Assembly: GCA_944383685.1 (NCBI GenBank)
Contig: CALWQM010000015.1
Location: 198,226-262,225, forward strand
Source: an uncultured Clostridia bacterium
GTDB taxonomy: Bacteria > Bacillota > Clostridia > Christensenellales > UBA1242
Reading direction: 5' to 3'
Length of the DNA stretch: 64,000 bases
In this document: positions 57,184-64,000 of the stretch, piece by piece
Numbering within the stretch: position 1 is the first letter of the stretch
Layout of the letters: the number at the start of each line of letters is the position of its first letter
Position numbers and translations under genes: made by a program
The notes under the pieces: generated by a model
What the model was told of the DNA's origin: nothing
The model's database searches: none
Seen by the model: only the letters and a program-made list of their open reading frames with translations

Positions 57184-57831
57184 CTAATTTTCAATTTCCC
57201 ATTCAACATTGATATTTGCTGAAAACTTAATATTGTCAACATTGATATTGTTTAAACTTCTAGCAGATGCCGCTTTAAGACTTGCACCCTCGAAATTCAT
57301 ATTTGAACCGCCGTAAACCACCTCTATTTGGTCAAAATTATGGCTTATGGATATAATTTTGCCAAGTTTTACCCCTGCTGCCTTTGAAATGATTTCTGCT
57401 TCGTTTTTTGCATTTTCAACTGCAAGTTCAAGAAGCTTTTTATGAACTTTCTTTTCATCTGCTTTAAAAGTTACATTTAAGTGCGGTCCATCTTTAATAA
57501 TTTTTGAAATGTTATTTATAAGATTAGTCAAAACTTTTTTATCAAAGTCGAACTCAATTTTAACAGTTTGGCTAACTTCAAACCCCAAAAATTCCTTTTT
57601 ATTTTGCAAATATTCATATCGTTCAACAATTGAATAGTTTGAAGTGATAATATTATCCTTTTTTATACCTGACGATACTGTTGCATTTTCCAAAAGTTCC
57701 ATGTTTTTATCTTCTTTTTTAAGGGCCTCGCCATATAATTTATCTAATCCCTTGATTGTTAAAGCAACACAAATTTTTTCTGGTGGAACTGCAATTTCCC
57801 CTATCCCTGTGATTTTAATTGTTCTATCCAT
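57184..57831 (-). CDS. SIMPL (DUF541) domain protein
   Basis: IKITGIGEIAVPPEK N-terminal strand, a central GFEVSQTVKIEF segment and the helix LELAVENAKNEAEIISKAAGVKLGKIISI, typical of SIMPL/BP26. Confidence 0.65.
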   Translation of the reverse strand: MDRTIKITGIGEIAVPPEKICVALTIKGLDKLYGEALKKEDKNMELLENATVSSGIKKDNIITSNYSIVERYEYLQNKKEFLGFEVSQTVKIEFDFDKKVLTNLINNISKIIKDGPHLNVTFKADEKKVHKKLLELAVENAKNEAEIISKAAGVKLGKIISISHNFDQIEVVYGGSNMNFEGASLKAASARSLNNINVDNIKFSANINVEWEIEN

Positions 57832-57944
57832 ATTTAATCTCCTTTATATCATTATAAATAAAATATAATTATTTTCAAACAAAATAATCAAATTTGACAA
57901 ATTCTTGCCTATTGTATATAATTAGTAAACATTAGGAGATAAGT

Positions 57945-58436
57945 ATGGATAAGTGGAACAAAAGATTTATGGAATTAACTGAACATATTGCAACATGGTC
58001 CAGCTGTTTAAGACGCCAAGTTGGAGCAGTTATTGTGAAAGATAAACGAATTATGACAACCGGCTATAATGGTGCACCGGCAGGAGTTAAAACTTGCATT
58101 GAAAGAGGAACTTGCATGCGCAATGAAATGAATATTCCAAGTGGAACGCATGCAGAACTTTGTTATGCCGCCCATGCAGAACAAAATGCCATCATTCAAG
58201 CAGCAAAAGAAGGAATAAGTTTGAAAGGATGTGTGCTTTATTGCACTCACCAACCTTGCGTTGTTTGTGCAAAAATGATTATCAATGCCGGAATTAAAGA
58301 AGTTATCTATAAAGAAGGTTACCCTGACGAGTTTTCTCAAAAGATATGCAGTGAAGCAGGTGTTAAACTGACAAAATTTGAAGATTTAGAAAAAGAAGAT
58401 AACAAAAAAATTCGTGTTTATAAAAAATCAAAATAA
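57945..58436 (+). CDS. comEB: dCMP deaminase (ComEB-type cytidine/deoxycytidylate deaminase)
   Basis: Zinc motifs HAEQNAI and PCVVCAKMI; N-terminal WSSCLRRQVGAVIV. Confidence 0.9.
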   Translation: MDKWNKRFMELTEHIATWSSCLRRQVGAVIVKDKRIMTTGYNGAPAGVKTCIERGTCMRNEMNIPSGTHAELCYAAHAEQNAIIQAAKEGISLKGCVLYCTHQPCVVCAKMIINAGIKEVIYKEGYPDEFSQKICSEAGVKLTKFEDLEKEDNKKIRVYKKSK

Positions 58437-58508
58437 TCATATAAAAATATAAATTTTATTATGGAAATTTAAATAAATTTGATATAATGATTTTATAAGG
58501 AGAATTTT

Positions 58509-58970
58509 ATGTTTGATAAAAGAAAAGTGCATTCCATTATTTCAATCTTGTTGTTTATTTTGCTATGTTACATAACAATAAGTTGCCTTATTGATGGAAT
58601 CACTTTAAATTGGGTTGATAATAATGATTTGGATGGAACATTGATAAACAATATCACTCTGTTCACCTGGCTTGTGCTTGGTTGGGGAGCTTTCACAATT
58701 GGGCTTATTATTGCTAATTTCTACACAAACAACAAGCTTAAATGGGTAAAATTTATTTGCTTAATTGTGTTAACAATTTTGTTTATTGTGCTTGCATGCT
58801 TAATGGCTTCAAAACGCAACATGGATTTAGAAAATCAAACAATCGTTATTGCTACCTTTTCAAATTTTATTGTTGGAACAATTACAATGTTTGCATATTC
58901 TATTGTCACATTAATTGATAATATATTATCTATGAAGAGAAAAGGAATTGATCAAAATGAAAAAAAGTAG
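58509..58970 (+). CDS. hypothetical 4-TM membrane protein
   Basis: 153-aa ORF with an AAGGAG RBS and four hydrophobic helices. Confidence 0.45.
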   Translation: MFDKRKVHSIISILLFILLCYITISCLIDGITLNWVDNNDLDGTLINNITLFTWLVLGWGAFTIGLIIANFYTNNKLKWVKFICLIVLTILFIVLACLMASKRNMDLENQTIVIATFSNFIVGTITMFAYSIVTLIDNILSMKRKGIDQNEKK

Positions 58971-59469
58971 TATAACAAAAATTGTTATTTCCGCAATCTT
59001 TTTTGTGGCATTTTTAACAGCATCATTAACACTTATTATCATTGCCCCAAAAGAAGAAGTTAAACTCTCTTATGAAGTAATTGATGAATATAGAGCAGAC
59101 GAATATAATTATTATGCAACATATAAAATTACAAACAATTCATATACAACCGTCGAAATCGATTCAATAGATTTTGAATGCACTAACCATATGTCTATTG
59201 GAGATTATTCTATTACATCAAGAAGTTCTCCACATCAAGATGTTATTATTCCTTCGGGCGAGTCTTTTGTTTATTATGAAAGATTTCATTCTGCTTATGA
59301 ACTTTCAGATTTTATAGCAAAATTTGAAGATGCTCATTTTAAAAACGCTGACCCAACACTCTTTATCGGTATAGGGCTTTTACTTCCAATGATAATTTCA
59401 GGATATTTCTTTATAGTTTTTATGGTTAAAGGCATAAAAGAAAAAAATCAATTAAAAAATGAAAAATAA
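58957..59469 (+). CDS. hypothetical bitopic membrane protein (N- and C-terminal TM helices around a beta-rich domain)
   Basis: Overlaps the previous gene. Start taken at MKKSSITK (AAGGAA upstream); the track ORF starts at 58948. Confidence 0.45.
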   Translation: MKKSSITKIVISAIFFVAFLTASLTLIIIAPKEEVKLSYEVIDEYRADEYNYYATYKITNNSYTTVEIDSIDFECTNHMSIGDYSITSRSSPHQDVIIPSGESFVYYERFHSAYELSDFIAKFEDAHFKNADPTLFIGIGLLLPMIISGYFFIVFMVKGIKEKNQLKNEK

Positions 59470-59567
59470 TTTAATTTAGATTTAATTAGCAAAGCAAGAT
59501 TTAAAACTTTTAATAAAAAAAGAATGTGAAAATTTAACACATTCTTTTTTATTTATTATATACAATA

Positions 59568-60095
59568 TTAAAAGTCGTCATCCTCGTCTTCGTCGCTGTC
59601 TTCTTCATCTTCGTCGTCATCATCATAAGAATCATCATCGTCCTCGTCGTCTTCTTCGTCATCATCCTCGTCTTCATCGTCAAATTCTTCATCCAAATCA
59701 ATTTCTTCATCATCAATGGTGTCGTCAAAGCCGATTTCAGTGTCCAAATCATCATCCAAAAGGTCATCATCTCCAAGTTCTGTGACTGATGCCATTTCCC
59801 CTGTTTCTTCGTCCTCATCAATGATTTCGTCTTCGTCACGGTTAAGATAGTCTTCCCAATCAGCATTGATTTCACCATCTTCACTTTGATGTTCTTTTAA
59901 ACAAGTTGCGCACATAATTTCATCAGGCGAAATATAATTGGTTTTGCAAATTGGGCAAAGTTCCAAATCTAAATCGCTTGTGTATTCGTCTTTCTTTGCA
60001 GATAATTCTGCCTTACAAACAGAACAAAGTTTATCTTTCTTTTCAATATAGTTAAGTTCACATCTAGGGCATCTAATATAAACTGGCTTTTTCAT
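59568..60095 (-). CDS. double zinc-ribbon protein with an extreme acidic C-terminal tail
   Basis: CPRC...CSVC and CPIC...CATC in the first 70 aa, then about 100 aa that are almost entirely Asp/Glu and end in ...DEDEDDDF. AAGGAG RBS. Confidence 0.6.
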   Translation of the reverse strand: MKKPVYIRCPRCELNYIEKKDKLCSVCKAELSAKKDEYTSDLDLELCPICKTNYISPDEIMCATCLKEHQSEDGEINADWEDYLNRDEDEIIDEDEETGEMASVTELGDDDLLDDDLDTEIGFDDTIDDEEIDLDEEFDDEDEDDDEEDDEDDDDSYDDDDEDEEDSDEDEDDDF

Positions 60096-60157
60096 ATTTT
60101 CTCCTTGTAAATTCGTTTTATATTCTACATGTAATTTAATGTAAAGTCAACTAATTT

Positions 60158-60799
60158 TTAAACATTTTTATTACTTTTTAAATTCGCTTCTGCTTGTGAT
60201 GGTCTAATGTAAACAGGCTCAACAATTTGAGCATCTTTCCCCTCATTTTTTGAAACTAAGAGCTCAGCAAAATCTAATAAATTTGAAGTTGTAATCTCCA
60301 CATATTCTGCTCCATCAAGCTCCAAATCATTTTCTAAGCAAACTTTACCTAAGTTTATTGCATCCAATGTTTCCCTATCTATCATTCTCTCTTTGCCTTG
60401 TTTTGTACCATTTTTATCAAATTCACAAACAAAAAACAGATTTGACAATGCATTCAAAACACATACAAAATCTTTTTTATGCTTTTGACTATAAATATAT
60501 GCCATAAGTTCCAAAGAAGATACAGGATAAACTTTGAGTTTTTCATTGACAGCACCCATGCCTTTAACAATTGCAACCCCAATTCTAACACCCGTGAAAG
60601 AACCCGGCCCAACAACCACAGCAACCTTATCAACCTCATTAATATTAGCCTTTGCTTGGTTCAACAATTCGTCAATCGTTTTTAGGACATTTTCGGAGTG
60701 TTTACTCTTTGCATCGATACATTTTTCATATTTTGTTCCATTTTCCTTAATAAGCCCCAAATTTGCCGTTAAAAAGGCTGTATTCATTGCCAAAATCAT
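60158..60799 (-). CDS. tsaB: tRNA t6A37 biosynthesis protein TsaB
   Basis: VVVGPGSFTGVRIGVAIVKGM motif; follows tsaE with a 4-nt overlap. Confidence 0.88.
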   Translation of the reverse strand: MILAMNTAFLTANLGLIKENGTKYEKCIDAKSKHSENVLKTIDELLNQAKANINEVDKVAVVVGPGSFTGVRIGVAIVKGMGAVNEKLKVYPVSSLELMAYIYSQKHKKDFVCVLNALSNLFFVCEFDKNGTKQGKERMIDRETLDAINLGKVCLENDLELDGAEYVEITTSNLLDFAELLVSKNEGKDAQIVEPVYIRPSQAEANLKSNKNV

Positions 60800-61230
60800 T
60801 TTTTAGCCTCCAAAATATTAAATTTTCTTTCGTTATCGCCAATTTTCTCTATTTCAACTATGTAATCAACATCATTGATAAGGCCTTCCACATTTTCAGC
60901 CCATTCCACAAGGCAAACACCATCTAAATGTTTTTTATCAAAATATTCTTCAAACCCAACAGCCATTGCCTCTTCCATCGAGGATAAACGATACATATCA
61001 AAATGATAGATTGGAAATTTTCCATTATAGGTGTTTAACAATGTAAAAGTTGGGCTTGTAACAACATCATCACTGCCCAGGTATTTCACCAAACTCTTAA
61101 CAAAAGTTGTTTTCCCACTTCCAAGGTCTCCTCTCAAAAGAATAACCATTGGTGGTTTAACAATATTGCTAAATGCCCTTGCAATTGCATCCGTTTGTTT
61201 TAAATTATGTATTTCCATTTGAATTTTCAT
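60796..61230 (-). CDS. tsaE: tRNA t6A37 biosynthesis ATPase TsaE
   Basis: LRGDLGSGKTTFVK P-loop, SPTFTL, and HFDMYRL. Confidence 0.9.
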   Translation of the reverse strand: MKIQMEIHNLKQTDAIARAFSNIVKPPMVILLRGDLGSGKTTFVKSLVKYLGSDDVVTSPTFTLLNTYNGKFPIYHFDMYRLSSMEEAMAVGFEEYFDKKHLDGVCLVEWAENVEGLINDVDYIVEIEKIGDNERKFNILEAKK

Positions 61231-61771
61231 TTTTCTTCTTCCTTTTATCCCATAATCTCATAAGCAAAAGCCCTAAAATTCCAAAAACAATGCTTAGCCC
61301 TGCTCCCGCCAAAACATCCGTTAAAAAGTGTTTTCCAAGATACATTCTTGAAAGCATAACAAGTCCAACATAAAGAGTGAGTGCAAGCACAACCCAAACA
61401 CGTTGACCTTTTTTCTTGTATATTGAAAACAAAAATGCTCCAAAAAAAATTGCTATCATTGTTGCACAAGCCACATGCCCACTTGGCATACTAAAACTTG
61501 TTACCGTGTCGCCAATATTCATAATGGTGTCGCTGACATTAAAAGGCCTCTCTCTTTGGATTGTTGTTTTAAGTAAACTTTGCGCCAGATATGTAAAGCC
61601 ATAAGTGAACAAAAACCAAAAAGCATATTTGCGTTTTGTAAAGAGAAAAAGTATAACAAGTGCCACAGCTCCAACAAAACTGCCAATAAGCGAAATAACT
61701 TGAAAAGCAACATCAAAAAAAGGAGTTCTTCCCGCTTGCAAAAATTCGATTATTTTTATCTCAAAATCCAT
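61205..61771 (-). CDS. PAP2 superfamily lipid phosphatase
   Basis: The three PAP2 motifs KTTIQRERP, PSGH and SRMYLGKHFLTDV are present in a six-TM protein. Confidence 0.85.
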   Translation of the reverse strand: MDFEIKIIEFLQAGRTPFFDVAFQVISLIGSFVGAVALVILFLFTKRKYAFWFLFTYGFTYLAQSLLKTTIQRERPFNVSDTIMNIGDTVTSFSMPSGHVACATMIAIFFGAFLFSIYKKKGQRVWVVLALTLYVGLVMLSRMYLGKHFLTDVLAGAGLSIVFGILGLLLMRLWDKRKKKNENSNGNT

Positions 61772-61884
61772 GCTGTTATTTTACCAAATTTACAATAAAA
61801 ATACAATCATTTGGTGTAAATATCAATATTCTAGCCAAATTTATTTTTATTAAGGCAAAATAATGTGCATGCAAATTAACAATA

Positions 61885-61912
61885 ATAAAAAAACGCCAAA
61901 AATAACGGCGTC
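61885..61912 (-). terminator. terminator after the SSB-like gene
   Basis: ACGCC-GTTATTTTT-GGCGT followed by TTTTTTTATT on the minus strand. Confidence 0.5.
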
Positions 61913-61916
61913 TTGT

Positions 61917-62600
61917 TTAAATAATTTTAGCTTCCCCTTTTTCGTCATTTGAGTTAAGCTTTACCATGTTATTTTCAAGAATAGCAATCTTGTTTCCAGA
62001 AACCTCATAAGCGGTTCTTTCTTCCACATTGCCATCTTCAAGTGTTTTATAATAAACTCTTGATTGTATTCTTCCAACAACTTCTAACTTTGTTCCAACT
62101 GGCTGATTAGCAATAAATCTGGCATTCCTACCCCAAAGAATACAAGGAATGTAATCAGTTCTATGGTAATTGGAACGATTAACTGCCAAAAGCACATCAC
62201 ATATTTCTCTATCAAAGGGAGTTTTTCTGTAAATTGGAGCTTTACAGATATATCCAATCAATTTCACTTCGTTTATTTGTTCTTCATTTTCATAGTTGGT
62301 GGTAATATCCTTGGCAAAAAAGTGTAAAATCAATTTATTTCTATCATTAACACTTTTATTGTGGCTGCGATATTGCCCATTTAAAAGGACTTTTTCACCT
62401 ATTTTAAGTTGCAACCCGTTAAGTGCCCGTTCACTGATTGTGACTGGTATTATGTCCTTTGTTTTTGAAAGTCTTTCAACCTCAACCTCAAAATCTAAAA
62501 AGTTTTCACCCTCAATTTGATGTGAAATTTCAGGCAATTTTGAAACTGTTCCTGAAATAGTTGCCACATTGTTTTGTTCATCTAAATTATTGTAACTCAT
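61917..62600 (-). CDS. tandem two-OB-fold SSB-like protein without an acidic C-terminal tip
   Basis: Start at MSYNNLDEQ with an AAAGGAG RBS; the track ORF extends to 62633. OB1 is NNVATISGTV...DIIPVTISERA...GEKVLLNGQYRS. OB2 is NEVKLIGYICK...LLAVNRSNYHRTDYIPCILWGRNARF...GTKLEVVGRIQSRVY. Both follow the SSB pattern. Confidence 0.6.
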   Translation of the reverse strand: MSYNNLDEQNNVATISGTVSKLPEISHQIEGENFLDFEVEVERLSKTKDIIPVTISERALNGLQLKIGEKVLLNGQYRSHNKSVNDRNKLILHFFAKDITTNYENEEQINEVKLIGYICKAPIYRKTPFDREICDVLLAVNRSNYHRTDYIPCILWGRNARFIANQPVGTKLEVVGRIQSRVYYKTLEDGNVEERTAYEVSGNKIAILENNMVKLNSNDEKGEAKII

Positions 62601-62610
62601 TTTTTCTCCT

Positions 62611-63381
62611 TTATATTTGGTGTTGCACTCCATTCCTGTCTATTGTATAATTGTCGTCATAAATAAGGTCTCCTATACAGCCAATTTTATACCCTTTATT
62701 TTGCAAAGTCGTCAAAATAAGCCTTAATCCATCAAGAACATGGTCGGAATTATTGTGCATTAAAATAATTGACCCATTTTGAACTTTGCTTGTCACCCTG
62801 TTGTTAATCTCCCCAGCAGATAAACCTTTCCAATCAAGAGTGTCAACATCCCATTGAATTGTTTTCAGGGATAGTTCTTCCGCTGTGTCCAAAAGAGTGT
62901 TGTTATAAGAGCCAAAAGGTGCTCTAAACAAAGTGACCTCTTTCCCTGTTACAGCCTTAATTTTTTCAATGGAAGTTTCAAGTTCTTCTTTCATGGCAGA
63001 TTTGTCAAGTTTAACCATGTCCGGATGGGTGTTTGAGTGCGTTCCAATTTCACAACCCGCTTCGTCAATCTTTTTAACCATATCAGTGTAATCATCCACC
63101 CAAAAGCCAACCAAAAAGAAAGTTGCGTTGACGTTATATTCCTTTAAGATTTCCAAAATTTCTTCCGTCTTATCTGCTCCCCATGCAGCATCAAAAGAAA
63201 TTGCAACTTGTTTTTCAGTTGTTTCAACATTATAAATTGGCACTTTTCTTGGAGCATAACCAAAGAAAACTTGTGCAGCAGTTGAACCATTGATGGAAAC
63301 TGAAAGAAGAACAACAACAATAAGCATAGCTAAGAAAATTTTAATGGACCTTGATTTGACAACACAGAAATGCATATACAA
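62611..63381 (-). CDS. polysaccharide deacetylase (NodB homology) family protein
   Basis: Signal/TM anchor, then VAISFDAAWG...ATFFLVGFW...GCEIGTHSNTHPDM...LFRAPFGSY. Confidence 0.85.
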   Translation of the reverse strand: MYMHFCVVKSRSIKIFLAMLIVVVLLSVSINGSTAAQVFFGYAPRKVPIYNVETTEKQVAISFDAAWGADKTEEILEILKEYNVNATFFLVGFWVDDYTDMVKKIDEAGCEIGTHSNTHPDMVKLDKSAMKEELETSIEKIKAVTGKEVTLFRAPFGSYNNTLLDTAEELSLKTIQWDVDTLDWKGLSAGEINNRVTSKVQNGSIILMHNNSDHVLDGLRLILTTLQNKGYKIGCIGDLIYDDNYTIDRNGVQHQI

Positions 63382-63562
63382 ACCTCACTTATATAATACT
63401 ATTTTGTAAGTAAAAACATGGCATAAATAATTTCCAATTTTGACGAAAAAGTGTAACCTTTTGTCGAATACTTACAAAACAATTATATTTAAGCAAAAGA
63501 CAAAATAGAACAAAGGCTAAAATAAAAATTAGTAAGTTTAGTTAAGCATTTCAAACTGACAC

Positions 63563-63599
63563 AAAAAAATAGTGGAAATAAGTTTTGCCACTATTTTTT
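63563..63599. terminator. bidirectional-type terminator downstream of the gyrA/parC-like gene
   Basis: AAAAAA-ATAGTGG-loop-CCACTAT-TTTTT. Confidence 0.65.
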
Positions 63600-63670
63600 A
63601 CAGATTCATAGGACACAAAATTTGCTTAACGTCTATTCCTTTTTTTATCTTTTAAACAAAAGTAAATTCC

Positions 63671-64000
63671 TTAATCTTCAAAAGCATAGGCCCCAAGAAC
63701 TTTTTGTTTAACTTCTTGTGTTCCGCTTGCAAGCCTATCGGCACTTGTTTTAAGTTTTTTCATTTCAATAAGTTTAAATTTAAGTCCAAGGTCGATAACC
63801 GCCTTGTCTTTTCCACCAACAAACTTAACACCCTTGCCGTTTCCAGTTAAATTGATGTATTTAACACCCTTTCTGTATCTTGCACACATAGGAATTTGAA
63901 TTGCACTTAAACGTTTAACATAGCCGTTGTCGGTTATAACAATCACTGAATCATAAACATTTTGCCCAGCAAACACAACAGAATCTTTATCTTCAAGGTT
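63671..64000 (-). CDS. C-terminal fragment of a type IIA topoisomerase subunit A (GyrA/ParC beta-pinwheel domain); gene continues off the right edge
   Basis: The frame is open to the window edge. VIVITDNGYVKRLSAIQIP...RYRKGVKYINL...ADRLASGTQEVK resembles GyrA/ParC C-terminal blade repeats. Confidence 0.5.
   Translation of the reverse strand, partial: NLEDKDSVVFAGQNVYDSVIVITDNGYVKRLSAIQIPMCARYRKGVKYINLTGNGKGVKFVGGKDKAVIDLGLKFKLIEMKKLKTSADRLASGTQEVKQKVLGAYAFED

Noticed and set aside
59549-59884. 111-aa alternative-frame ORF (MKMVKS...) within the acidic-tail gene
   Set aside because: It is an out-of-frame reading of the GAT/GAA-rich repeat that gives a Met/Lys/Thr-rich artefact. The in-frame zinc-ribbon ORF has the RBS.

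Overview
Low-GC (about 32%) Firmicutes/Clostridia-like chromosomal segment, densely coded and mostly on the minus strand. It is dominated by core housekeeping genes in familiar synteny blocks: miaB-mutS-mutL-miaA-ynbB-like, rimO-pgsA-recA, ftsK, scpA-scpB, tsaE-tsaB, mnmA, one tRNA-Ser(GGA), and a class A PBP. Several sporulation- or envelope-associated genes are also present: an M50 site-2 protease, a SpoIIM-like protein, a DD-carboxypeptidase and two polysaccharide deacetylases. I found no rRNA, CRISPR array, transposase, integrase or recognisable defence or toxin module. All motif calls were made by eye from the translations; no database search was run. Five leads stand out. (1) A 1214-aa surface lipoprotein gene has a G8 homopolymer inside an over-long (20 nt) -35/-10 spacer, and a promoterless, start-less copy of its 3' end lies 8 kb away. 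Together these suggest phase or antigenic variation. (2) A block at 46.4-51.4 kb contains a Ppx/GppA-like protein, an HtrA-like membrane protein and an MreB paralogue, all with substituted catalytic or nucleotide-binding motifs. Next to them sit MinD and a MinE-like protein that lacks its membrane-targeting N-terminus; no minC is present. (3) A 1352-aa type-I membrane protein has four CBM-like jelly-roll modules outside the cell and a Lys/Glu coiled-coil tail inside. (4) A tandem two-OB SSB-like protein has no acidic tail, while a nearby zinc-ribbon protein has an extreme acidic tail ending in ...DDDF. (5) A 104-bp duplication covers the 5' end and leader of tRNA-Ser, and that leader carries a 14-nt sequence antisense to the tRNA D-arm. 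Smaller oddities are a TRAM-less MiaB, a TSUP/TauE exporter split into two half-size genes, an ABC ATPase with degenerate signature and H-loop motifs, and a YhhN lysoplasmalogenase next to alcohol and aldehyde dehydrogenases.
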